A DNA stretch of 36,039 nucleotides from NCBI GenBank assembly GCA_007133095.1, contig SLNK01000060.1, forward strand, positions 1 through 36,039. The letters are read 5' to 3'. Source of the stretch: Candidatus Peregrinibacteria bacterium (GTDB lineage Bacteria > Patescibacteriota > Gracilibacteria > UBA1369 > LOWO2-01-FULL-3). Made by a program: the position numbers and the translations under genes. Shown here piece by piece: positions 11,617-19,897 of the stretch (position 1 is its first letter; each line of letters starts with the position of its first letter). The notes under the pieces were generated by a model, which was not told the DNA's origin, made no database searches, and saw nothing but the letters and a program-made list of their open reading frames with translations.

Positions 11617-13604
11617 GTTGTTGATAAGGGATCTATATCTATTTTGACGCTTGGGTCTATTATATCTTCTTTCGGAAGTTTTTCCAGAATATTGTTCGGT
11701 GCTATTTTGGGATTTTTGCTTCTTATCAGAACGATATTGCGATGTTTCCCGCGTAATTTGCTTAAATAAGCGGGATAGTGATTTATTTCCAGGTCTTCAT
11801 GTAGGTTTAATTCTCTGGCGATTTTCCAGAGAAGCCTTTCTATTCCTTCCGTTTTTTTGAGGCATTCTTGGAAGGATTTGTTTTCTATTGTTATTTTTGC
11901 AAGGTTCCCGAATGGGGGATTGTATAGTATTTTTCTTTGAGTTCTTTCATAGTTGAAAAACTTATCATAATCCTGTTCTTTTGCGCATAGAAGAGCTAAA
12001 TTTTCAGGGTTGTAAGTTTGGATTATTACTTTTCCTTTTTCTTCGCATCTTCCGGCCCTTCCTGCAACTTGCGTTATTAATTGGAAATTGCGTTCCGATG
12101 CTCTGAAATCGGGTATGTTTAAGCCGATATCGGCAAGGATTACACCTACAAGAGTTACATTTGGCAGGTGAAGTCCTTTTGCTATCATTTGTGTCCCTAT
12201 CAGGATGTCGGCCTCCCGATTTCTGAAGGACTGATAGATTTTTTCAAAATCGTACTTGCCCGATGTGCTGTCTTTGTCCGCGCGCAGGACTTTTGCGTCA
12301 GGGAATTCTTTCAAGACTTCACTTTCTATTCTTTGTGTCCCTATTCCCAAAAATCTTATGTTAAATCCTTTGCATTGAGGGCATTCGCTCGGAGGTGGGA
12401 ATATTTTTCCGCAGTGATGACATATAAGACTTTCTCTGCTTGTTGTTTTTTTGTGATATGTGGTGGGGATTTCGCAGTCCGGACATTTTTCTGTGTGTCC
12501 GCAGTCGCGGCAAACCACGGAGGATGCGGAGCCCCTTCTGTTGAGAAATAAAATCGCTTGTTGTTTTTCGTTTAAAATTCTTTGCAATTCTTCTCTTAAT
12601 TTGTCGCTGAAAATCGAATGATTTTTTTTCTTGAATTCTTCCCGCATATCTACTATTTCCATTTCCGGCATTTCAGAGCTTCCTATTCTTTCATCGATTC
12701 TTATTGTTGAATCTTTGAGTTTTTCGGCCGTTTCCACGCTTGGAGTGGCGCTTCCAAAAACAACTTTAAGGTCTTTCCCCTGCAGTTGAAGGATTTTATC
12801 TATGACTGTATGTATTGTGTATCTGGGGGATTGATCCTGTTTGTAGGAGGCTTCGTGTTCTTCGTCCACTATTATCATGGCCAATGACTGAAACGGCGCG
12901 AATATTGCCGACCTGGAACCGATTATCAGTTTTGATTCGTTTTTCCAAATTGACAGCCATGTTCTGCGCCTGTCGCCGTCGGATATTTTGCTGTGGATTA
13001 CCGCTGCTTTAATTCCCAACCCTCTTTCAAAATATTCGATCATTTGAGGGGTAAGGGATATTTCCGGCACGAGAATAAGGACTTGCTTGTTTTGTGATAT
13101 GTAACGATCCGCGAGATTTTTATATATCTCCGTTTTTCCCGAACCCGTTACTCCATGAATTAAAAAATTGTTCTTTGGTGTTTCGCTTATCTCTGCGATT
13201 GCGTTGTTTTGAGAGGAGGATGTTTTTAACGGCGTTGTTCTAATAATTTGCTCAGACTTTTTCGTTGAATCGCGGAGCTTTTTGTTTTCAAGTATTCCCT
13301 TTGGAACAAAAAGTTTTAAAAGTTTGTCCAGACTGCAGAAATAATATTCGTGCATCCATTTCATCACTTTTATTTGATACTCTGACAATAGAGGTTTTTC
13401 ATAGTTTACTTCCGTTATCGGAAGGGTTTTGAATTCCGGTTTTTCATCGCTTATTTCCCAAACAATTCCGGAGGTTTTTCTGTTGCGTATAGGAACTTTG
13501 ACGGATTGCCCTATCCGGATGCTCATGTCTTCGGGAATGTGATAGGTTAGCGTGTTTGAATCTCGGCCTGTCTTTTGTGAAAAGAGAATTTTCGCGAATT
13601 TCAT
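11613..13604 (-). CDS. priA: Primosomal protein N' (replication restart helicase PriA)
   Basis: Walker A HGVTGSGKTE, DEEHE box, a Cys-rich zinc-binding insertion (CRDCGHTEKCPDCEIP...CHHCG...CPQC), and helicase motif VI QVAGRAGR. Confidence 0.92.
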   Translation of the reverse strand: MKFAKILFSQKTGRDSNTLTYHIPEDMSIRIGQSVKVPIRNRKTSGIVWEISDEKPEFKTLPITEVNYEKPLLSEYQIKVMKWMHEYYFCSLDKLLKLFVPKGILENKKLRDSTKKSEQIIRTTPLKTSSSQNNAIAEISETPKNNFLIHGVTGSGKTEIYKNLADRYISQNKQVLILVPEISLTPQMIEYFERGLGIKAAVIHSKISDGDRRRTWLSIWKNESKLIIGSRSAIFAPFQSLAMIIVDEEHEASYKQDQSPRYTIHTVIDKILQLQGKDLKVVFGSATPSVETAEKLKDSTIRIDERIGSSEMPEMEIVDMREEFKKKNHSIFSDKLREELQRILNEKQQAILFLNRRGSASSVVCRDCGHTEKCPDCEIPTTYHKKTTSRESLICHHCGKIFPPPSECPQCKGFNIRFLGIGTQRIESEVLKEFPDAKVLRADKDSTSGKYDFEKIYQSFRNREADILIGTQMIAKGLHLPNVTLVGVILADIGLNIPDFRASERNFQLITQVAGRAGRCEEKGKVIIQTYNPENLALLCAKEQDYDKFFNYERTQRKILYNPPFGNLAKITIENKSFQECLKKTEGIERLLWKIARELNLHEDLEINHYPAYLSKLRGKHRNIVLIRSKNPKIAPNNILEKLPKEDIIDPSVKIDIDPLSTT

Positions 13605-13662
13605 CCTTGTGTTTAAGTGGGAGTGAAATATAGCACAAAAAGGAGCGTTTTTGGAAAAGCGT

Positions 13663-13691
13663 TTGACAAAAAGAGTATACAGTGTATTAAT
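13663..13691 (+). promoter_or_regulatory. Candidate sigma-70 promoter for the 13727 gene
   Basis: TTGACA (13663-13668), 17-nt spacer ending in TGT, then ATTAAT (13686-13691). It lies about 36 nt upstream of the ATG at 13727. Confidence 0.35.
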
Positions 13692-13726
13692 GTACTACTT
13701 GTTTTTAAATTTTAATAATTTTTGTT

Positions 13727-14386
13727 ATGGGTGATAATTTGGATGGTTTCGGAAGAAAAAATGGTTTGGAGACTACAGAAAATGCGGAGAATTCCGATAT
13801 TAACTTGGAAAAAGACGTAAGTAACGTGCGAAGGATAAAGAGAAGAATTTCGCATATTTTGGCCCTGATAGCTGTGGCGACTTCCGGAGTTTGCGGAACC
13901 GCTTGTCCCGGAGAAGCTCGAGCGGGGACGGCTAGAGGAGGACAAACTGACGGTAGCGGAGTTTTTGAGGAAGAGGATGAGAGCGGATATTATGCAATGG
14001 AAGATCTTTTGGGGCGATTGGCCAGGAGGGGAGAGTTTCCGGGAAATGCGTGTGAGGTTCTTGGGGAATTGCTTGATGTGGATTGGGAAGTGTTGAAAAA
14101 TTCTCCATGTGAAGGATTTGATGATTGTGTGGAGCCAACGGAAGATATTTTTGAGAGAATGGTCAGAATGGCGATTGAGGAAAATCCTGATAAAACTCTT
14201 GAACTGCTTCTATCTAAACAGGCGCACGTCTTGATTACGGAAGAACATATTCTTTTGGCGCGAAACGCGGTTAACAGAAAATTGCGTGAACAAGCCGTCA
14301 GGCAAAGTGAGGAAATGGAAAGGCACGAGCGTGAAATTGATGAGAGAGAGAGGGCATTTGATGATTGGAAAAAATCCAGACAGTAA
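13727..14386 (+). CDS. Hypothetical single-pass membrane protein with a Cys-containing domain and a C-terminal charged coiled-coil
   Basis: 219-aa ORF with one hydrophobic segment (ISHILALIAVATSGVCGTAC). Its tail is REQAVRQSEEMERHEREIDERERAFDDWKK. No recognisable family. Confidence 0.5.
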   Translation: MGDNLDGFGRKNGLETTENAENSDINLEKDVSNVRRIKRRISHILALIAVATSGVCGTACPGEARAGTARGGQTDGSGVFEEEDESGYYAMEDLLGRLARRGEFPGNACEVLGELLDVDWEVLKNSPCEGFDDCVEPTEDIFERMVRMAIEENPDKTLELLLSKQAHVLITEEHILLARNAVNRKLREQAVRQSEEMERHEREIDERERAFDDWKKSRQ

Positions 14387-14465
14387 TCCGTTGAAAATTT
14401 GATGGACAAATCATTTATGTGGGGGTAGATTTTCCGTGTTCGAATTTATATTTTAAAAATTTAAC

Positions 14466-15260
14466 ATGAAAACTCTTACACGATTCGGGGGGGTGTTTGC
14501 GATTTGTGCAATGTTGCTGGTTTTTGTCGGATGTGGCGCTAAGGATGTCGATATGACGACCGAATATACTTTAACTGTTGATTTTGAGGGGCAGGGGAAT
14601 GTGGATCCTTCCACAGGTGAACATAACTATTACGGAAATACGGTTGTGGATTTGGAAGCTGTGCCCGCTGAGGGATGGGAATTTTCCGAATGGATTGGCC
14701 CTGTTGCAAATGAAGGACGGGCGAAGACAAAAATTACCATGAATGATGATTATGAAGTTAAGGCAATTTTTGTGACTATTCCAGGTGATGATGACGAGAC
14801 GGATCCTCCGGAAGGCAGCGCCGCAAGGTCTCATATGGTTTTTGAAGGAGAAGGATATAAGGCGGATTATGATGTTTGGAATTGTTCCGGATTGGAGGGG
14901 CAGTGGCAATTTAAGGGGGAGATTGTAATTGCAGACCTTGGCACCATATCCGGAGAAGGAAGTTTTGTAATGCCTCCCCGTCCGGACGATGGATCATGGG
15001 AATCTTTTCCTTACAGTTACACTATGACGGGCCAGCTTCGTGACGATGTTATGGTTACCGATGTGAATTATATTTTTGAGGATATTGTTGTTACAATGTT
15101 TGAATTTTCTCCCGGGCAATGGCTTATGGATTCACGCGGAGGAGCGACTGCGATCGTAACTGTCACAACTCCTGACTTTACGCATACCGTAAGTGATTCC
15201 TATATGCCGATTTCTTATGTTCCATCCTCTATCACTTACGAGGAGCACCCCAGCTGCTAG
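14466..15260 (+). CDS. Putative lipoprotein with a divergent InlB B-repeat-like (bacterial Ig-like repeat) domain
   Basis: Signal peptide with a lipobox-like LVFVGC (Cys23). YTLTVDFEGQGNVDPSTGEHNYYGNTVVDLEAVPAEGWEFSEWIGPVANEGRAKTKITMNDDYEVKAIF fits the L.V...G.G.V....Y..G..V.L.A.P..G..F..W.G....I.M..D..V.A.F pattern of divergent InlB B-repeat domains (recalled from memory). Confidence 0.65.
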   Translation: MKTLTRFGGVFAICAMLLVFVGCGAKDVDMTTEYTLTVDFEGQGNVDPSTGEHNYYGNTVVDLEAVPAEGWEFSEWIGPVANEGRAKTKITMNDDYEVKAIFVTIPGDDDETDPPEGSAARSHMVFEGEGYKADYDVWNCSGLEGQWQFKGEIVIADLGTISGEGSFVMPPRPDDGSWESFPYSYTMTGQLRDDVMVTDVNYIFEDIVVTMFEFSPGQWLMDSRGGATAIVTVTTPDFTHTVSDSYMPISYVPSSITYEEHPSC

Positions 15261-15263
15261 GAC

Positions 15264-15291
15264 TTGACAAACAAGCCTTCGTATGTATAAT
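15264..15291 (+). promoter_or_regulatory. Near-consensus sigma-70 promoter for the 15315 gene
   Basis: TTGACA (15264-15269), 16-nt spacer, TATAAT (15286-15291). It sits directly after the stop of the lipoprotein gene. Confidence 0.5.
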
Positions 15292-15314
15292 GCTATGCTT
15301 TGTTTGTTTTTGTT

Positions 15315-15911
15315 ATGACTTTACGAGATAAAAATATGTTGGTGGAAAGCTTTGCCAGAGGCAGGGAAAATTCTCTTGTTACCCGCTATATTGAAGATGG
15401 ACCGACTGTTTTGAAAGGGGAGTTGGGTTTGTCTGATTCACAGTGGAAAGTTGTTTTTGACCACTTGGTTTTTAATTTTAATTTACTTGAAAATGTTGTA
15501 GTTGCCGGTTTGGACTTTTTTATCGATGGTTACGTAAAGCACGGTTTTTCTTTTGTCCGGGATATTTTGAATGTCGAAGGATCCGGCTATGATGAAGTTT
15601 GCGGAACTTTGTTCGATTTGTTGGCCATTAAAAACGGGGGACTAAGATATCATGTGATAGAGAATAGAGATGCTTATATGACTGCTTTGGAAAGCCGCGA
15701 AGCCGGTTTTGTGCGGACGGTTTTGGGATTATCGGGCGAAAAGTACGATGAACACTGGGAAGAAGTTTTGAATCTTTTATTAAACGGATTTTGTGAGGAT
15801 GTTTTTTCTTCTGGAAATCTTGAATACGGAATGAAATTCTTTTGCGGTCTTGTAAATTCCTCAAGAGAGCATAGACCGTTGGGCAAATTCGAGGTTCTTA
15901 GGCGAGGCTAG
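15315..15911 (+). CDS. Hypothetical cytoplasmic protein (about 198 aa)
   Basis: Long ORF. The track start at 15300 is a TTG only 9 nt after the -10 box. The in-frame ATG at 15315 (MTLRDKN) is preferred. No recognisable domain. Confidence 0.5.
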   Translation: MTLRDKNMLVESFARGRENSLVTRYIEDGPTVLKGELGLSDSQWKVVFDHLVFNFNLLENVVVAGLDFFIDGYVKHGFSFVRDILNVEGSGYDEVCGTLFDLLAIKNGGLRYHVIENRDAYMTALESREAGFVRTVLGLSGEKYDEHWEEVLNLLLNGFCEDVFSSGNLEYGMKFFCGLVNSSREHRPLGKFEVLRRG

Positions 15912-15927
15912 GGACAATTATGAAGTT

Positions 15928-16004
15928 TGGTACGCCCCACAGGATTCGAACCTGTAACCTTCGGTTCCGAAGACCGACGCTCTATCCAGTTGAGCTAGGG
16001 GCGC
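15928..16004 (-). tRNA. tRNA-Arg (anticodon TCG), CCA encoded
   Basis: Manual cloverleaf on the minus strand: acceptor GCGCCCC/GGGGCGT, D arm GCTC-AACTGGATA-GAGC, anticodon arm TCGGT-CTTCGGA-ACCGA (anticodon TCG), variable loop AGGTT, T arm ACAGG-TTCGAAT-CCTGT, discriminator A, then CCA. Confidence 0.9.
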
Positions 16005-16014
16005 ATTTTCAGTA

Positions 16015-16054
16015 ACACCTCCCCGTCTCTCTATAGAGAGACACGGAGAAGTGT
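16015..16054 (-). terminator. Long imperfect inverted repeat between the secDF stop and tRNA-Arg; possible terminator or processing hairpin
   Basis: ACACCTCCCCGTCTCTC-TATA-GAGAGACACGGAGAAGTGT. The 7 bp next to the loop pair perfectly, and the stem extends with a bulge and mismatches. There is no clear U-tract on the minus strand. Confidence 0.3.
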
Positions 16055-16076
16055 TCGGGTTTTATCAACTTTGTTT

Positions 16077-19000
16077 CTAAGAGCTTCGATACTTCTTCCA
16101 GACCACAAGCAGAGGTGTCGCTATGAATAGGGAAGAGTATGTACCCACAAGTATACCAAGTGTAAGGGCGAGTATAAAGTAGAATATCGCCGAGCTTCCA
16201 CCTATCAGAATTGCGCCCAAGACCAAAATTGTGGAGAAAGATGTGTTGATTGATCTTGCGAGTGTTTCCGTAAGAGCTTTGTTAGCGTTTTTTGTAAGGT
16301 TCTCGTCCGAGTCCACTAAGATTTTTTCTCTCAATCTATCCAGCACTACTATTGTGTCGTTTACCGAATATCCGAATATCGTTAACAACGCGGTTATGAA
16401 CAGAGCATCTATTTCCACGTGTAGGAAGTATCCCAGGACTGCAAATATTCCCGTTATTATTATTACATCGTGAAGGAGGGCTACAATCGCGGAAGCACCG
16501 AATCTCCATGGGCTGACCTCTTTCGGGATTTTTCTAAATGCGAACGCTACGTAGAATATTATGATTATAAGCGCCACTATTACGGCTATTATCGCTTTTT
16601 GGAGCAACGCCGATCCCACCACCGGTCCGATTGTTGTAAATCTGTCTTCCGTAAACGGAGGTAGTTTTTCTCTCAGCTTCGGAATTAGATTGTCATGTGC
16701 CGCTGAAGTCAGGTATCGGGTTTTAATTATGAATCCATCGTCTCCGGATCTTATTATTTGCGAAGCGCTGAGATCTATAAGATCACTTTCGTATTCCGCT
16801 TGTTCCAGAACTGCCGTTCTTTCTTCCGGGATTGTGATTTGGTCCGAGGCTGCGGAGTCATCCGGTTCGTCTGTTACTGAAGCTTCGGTCGGCATTGCGG
16901 CTTCTTCAGGAGCTTTTGTCTCTGTCTCTTCGTTTACTTCCGCGGCCGCTTCATGCAGAGCTTTTTCCATCTGTTCCCTGGTGACCGGTTCTTTAAATCT
17001 CAGCTCCATCAGAGATCCTCCGGTAAAGTCTATTCCCAAATTGAGGCCCAGTGTAAAAATCAATACCAGAGATACCAAAACCGCTGCTCCTGAAATGCTA
17101 AACCATATTTTTGTTTTCTCAATAAACTTGAATGGTTTTCTTTCCTTCTTTTCTCTTCCTCCGAATAATTTAACTGTTTGGGGAATCGATTTTTTCTTAT
17201 CCAGTGCGTATAGGAACATTTTTGTTATTACCAATGCCGTGAACATGGAGACCAAAATACCTGCCGCCAGTGTGAAGGCGAATCCCTTTATAATAGAGGT
17301 GCCGAAGAAGAACAGGATGGCACATGTTATCAATGTTGAGAAGTTAGAGTCTCTGATTGCGCTCCATGCTCGTTTAAAGCCGTTTTCAATGGAGACCCTT
17401 AGAGTTTTTCCGTCTCTGAGTTCTTCTTTTATTCTTTCAAATATTAGGATGTTTGCATCAACTGCCATTCCTATGGAAAGGATGATACCGGCTATTCCCG
17501 CCAAAGTTAGAACTATTCCCGTTTGAAGCAGGTAGGTTATGAAGAACAATCCTGCACAAGTCAGGATGAATGATATTAATTTTTCCCATCCGGAATCTTC
17601 GTTGTTTGCGATTCGGTGGACTAATAAACCGAATATTATTATTGCGGTAAGAAGAGCGAGTGCCAAATGCAGTTCCGATTTTATCAGCGCTATGAGAATT
17701 ATTCCGTATATCGTCAGAGCTACCGATGCCAAAAGACCCGGAAGTCTGTAATAAAGCATCATGAACACCATTACCAGAAGAAGGCCTATCAGCCCGGCTT
17801 GCAAACTTTTTGATAAAGCTTCCTGTCCCAATGTCGCTCCTATTGTGTATTCCCCTGTTAGAACGATGGGGGCCGGTATTGCTCCCGTGTTTAGATCTCT
17901 TGCAAGATTTTGCGCTTCTTCGTTTGTGAAGTTTCCTGAGATCTGGGCTGTGCCGCCGCTTATTTTTTCATTCACTCTCGGCGCGGAGATGAGCTCTCCT
18001 CCTACAAAAATCGCCAATGGTTTGTCTATATTTCTTCCCGTTATTTCCTCGAATAATTTCCCTCCTTCGCTATCAAATTGAATGCTTACGAAGGGTTGAA
18101 AAAATTGGTCCAGTTGGACATCCGCACGAACGAAGTGTTGTCCCGTAAGGCCTGTATCCGCCCATGTGTCTTGACGAGTGGAGTACCTTATCATTTTGTA
18201 CTTATATTGTTTTTCTTTGAGATCTTCTTGGACAGAATTCGCTTTTATCAAATGGTAGCCGAATTGTGTTTCGACTATTTCACTTACGGAGCCTTCTTCC
18301 AGTTCAAGAGCGGCTTTTTCAAAATCCGAAACGTATGTGCCGTCTCCCGTTACCGGTTCAACCAATAAGCCTCCTTCGTCTTTATTTGATTCATCATCCG
18401 AGTGTTCCGCCGCAAGTCCTTCAAAATCTTCTCCTTCCAGAATTTTTTCTCTAATCTCTTTTGTTAGTTCGTACGCCTCTTCTTTATCTCTTGTTACTGT
18501 TGCGTCCGCGCTGTCGAGGCCTGTCCAGGAAACCAATATATGGCTTGTTTCAACCGCTTTTTCATGTCTGACCCTTTCTTCTGTATCCTCCAGTTTTATT
18601 ATTGCGAATGCCGAATCCTGGACGGGTTCTCCCGACAAGGAATCCATAATAAAATCTCCTTCTATACTAACTAATTCTTCATGATATTCTCCCGGTCCCA
18701 GGTTTTGTAATACGGTTCTTATGCTTGGGGGCAGTTCGTTTTCAAAAACGTATCCAGATGTTTTGAAGTTAACTCTTCCGGGGAATGCTTGTTGTTCTTC
18801 CTGGCCTATCACATCGAATGAGTCCCCGGCTTTAATTTTTTCCAATGCTGTTTGGGCTTTTTCTCTTACCAAATCTTTTTCTTGCGGATCCGGTTCCAAT
18901 TTTTGTTCCTTAAATTCAAGTTGTATCGTTTTTCCGACTGTTTCTTTCGCTTTCTCCAAACTTACAAGTTGTCTTTCTTCTATTGTCAGTTCTTCCAACG

Positions 19001-19391
19001 ATTTTTCTTCTCCCAGGTATTTGGTAACATCTTCTTGGCTCAGTACCGCGGTTTGTGCCAATTCAACTATTATGTGTGTTTCTCCTCCCAATTCGGAAAT
19101 GTATATGTTTGGTTCCGCTACACCCAAGTTATCCACTCTTCTTTCTATAACGCCTCTTACACCTTCCACTATACTTCTTTGGTCTTTCTCCGGAACTCTT
19201 CTGAGGTCTATTCTGTAATCAAGTTGAGATCCTCCGCGCAGATCCAGCCCCAAATGAATTTGTGTTCTTTGAAGTACTTCCGGGGTGAAAGGAAGTATTT
19301 TGCTTTGGGTTTCCGCAGGTAGGTTAAAAAAGCCCAGTAGTCCCGCTACAATAAATACTGTTAATAATTTCCAGCCAAGATACTTTTTCAT
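16077..19391 (-). CDS. secDF: Fused protein-export membrane protein SecD-SecF with a parvulin-type PPIase module inserted in the SecD periplasmic domain
   Basis: 1104 aa. SecD motifs: HLGLDLRGGSQL, PLAIFVGGELISAPRV, GIAGIILSIGMAVDANILIFERIKEE. SecF motifs: LGIDFTGGSLMEL, IFGYSVNDTIVVLDRLRE. Embedded PpiC/parvulin signature: HILVSW...EGEDFEGLAAEHSDD...GGLL...FGYHLIKA. Confidence 0.92.
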   Translation of the reverse strand: MKKYLGWKLLTVFIVAGLLGFFNLPAETQSKILPFTPEVLQRTQIHLGLDLRGGSQLDYRIDLRRVPEKDQRSIVEGVRGVIERRVDNLGVAEPNIYISELGGETHIIVELAQTAVLSQEDVTKYLGEEKSLEELTIEERQLVSLEKAKETVGKTIQLEFKEQKLEPDPQEKDLVREKAQTALEKIKAGDSFDVIGQEEQQAFPGRVNFKTSGYVFENELPPSIRTVLQNLGPGEYHEELVSIEGDFIMDSLSGEPVQDSAFAIIKLEDTEERVRHEKAVETSHILVSWTGLDSADATVTRDKEEAYELTKEIREKILEGEDFEGLAAEHSDDESNKDEGGLLVEPVTGDGTYVSDFEKAALELEEGSVSEIVETQFGYHLIKANSVQEDLKEKQYKYKMIRYSTRQDTWADTGLTGQHFVRADVQLDQFFQPFVSIQFDSEGGKLFEEITGRNIDKPLAIFVGGELISAPRVNEKISGGTAQISGNFTNEEAQNLARDLNTGAIPAPIVLTGEYTIGATLGQEALSKSLQAGLIGLLLVMVFMMLYYRLPGLLASVALTIYGIILIALIKSELHLALALLTAIIIFGLLVHRIANNEDSGWEKLISFILTCAGLFFITYLLQTGIVLTLAGIAGIILSIGMAVDANILIFERIKEELRDGKTLRVSIENGFKRAWSAIRDSNFSTLITCAILFFFGTSIIKGFAFTLAAGILVSMFTALVITKMFLYALDKKKSIPQTVKLFGGREKKERKPFKFIEKTKIWFSISGAAVLVSLVLIFTLGLNLGIDFTGGSLMELRFKEPVTREQMEKALHEAAAEVNEETETKAPEEAAMPTEASVTDEPDDSAASDQITIPEERTAVLEQAEYESDLIDLSASQIIRSGDDGFIIKTRYLTSAAHDNLIPKLREKLPPFTEDRFTTIGPVVGSALLQKAIIAVIVALIIIIFYVAFAFRKIPKEVSPWRFGASAIVALLHDVIIITGIFAVLGYFLHVEIDALFITALLTIFGYSVNDTIVVLDRLREKILVDSDENLTKNANKALTETLARSINTSFSTILVLGAILIGGSSAIFYFILALTLGILVGTYSSLFIATPLLVVWKKYRSS

Positions 19392-19406
19392 GATTTTTTG
19401 AGTTAT

Positions 19407-19832
19407 TTAAGAATTATTTAAGTTTTTGCTTAGATTTGTGTCGGCTTCTTCGTTGTTTCCTTTGCCGCTTCTTCCGTAATCATCGTGCAATTTCACAACG
19501 TCGTCCAGTTCCGGTGTGGAAACCTCAAAAACCTCGCTGTCTTCAAGGGCTTCCAATCGGTGGACAGTATATGGATGAATTTCCACTTTGTCACCGGGAT
19601 TCAATATATCTTCTTTCAGGTTTTCTTGATCGGGGCCATGGGTCAGTTTCAATTTCCCTTTGTAAACATATTGGGTTTCTTGTTTTTTTTCGTGGTATTG
19701 AAGACTGAAGCGGTGCCCTTTTGAGATGCACAAAATTTTGCCCGCATATTTGTCCGTATGCGCAAACCATATTTCTTGTCCCCAGGGCTTAGGTTTTGTT
19801 ACTACCTTGTGATCGTCCTTGTTTTCGTCCAT
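19407..19832 (-). CDS. Cupin-domain protein resembling the C-terminal mannose-6-phosphate isomerase (type II PMI) domain of ManC
   Basis: 141 aa. KPWGQEIWFAHTDKYAGKILCISKGHRFSLQYHEKKQETQYVYKG and IHPYTVHRLEA form a cupin two-His/Glu motif pattern. It lies directly downstream of the guanylyltransferase gene. Confidence 0.7.
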   Translation of the reverse strand: MDENKDDHKVVTKPKPWGQEIWFAHTDKYAGKILCISKGHRFSLQYHEKKQETQYVYKGKLKLTHGPDQENLKEDILNPGDKVEIHPYTVHRLEALEDSEVFEVSTPELDDVVKLHDDYGRSGKGNNEEADTNLSKNLNNS

Positions 19833-19897
19833 TCTATTAAAATTATTTCTGGGGCAATATAATGTAAAAATGTTTTGTTGAAAAGGGAAACTCCGTT

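Noticed and set aside
13605-16004. tRNA-Arg-associated integrated genomic island or prophage remnant
   Set aside because: There is no integrase, recombinase or transposase gene. I found no copy of the tRNA 3' segment (tggtacgccccacaggattcgaacc or part of it) at the far boundary (13605-13726). It is kept only as an orphan gene block, not called a mobile element.
16231-19322. Series of + strand ORFs (for example 16561-17526 at 321 aa, 18721-19218, 18852-19322) opposite secDF
   Set aside because: All are antisense to a strongly supported 1104-aa SecDF gene. Their low-complexity S/F/L-rich translations are shadow ORFs. The same reasoning applies to 10978-11505, 19931-20440, 24078-24650, 25179-25604, 30578-31099 and 33262-33777.
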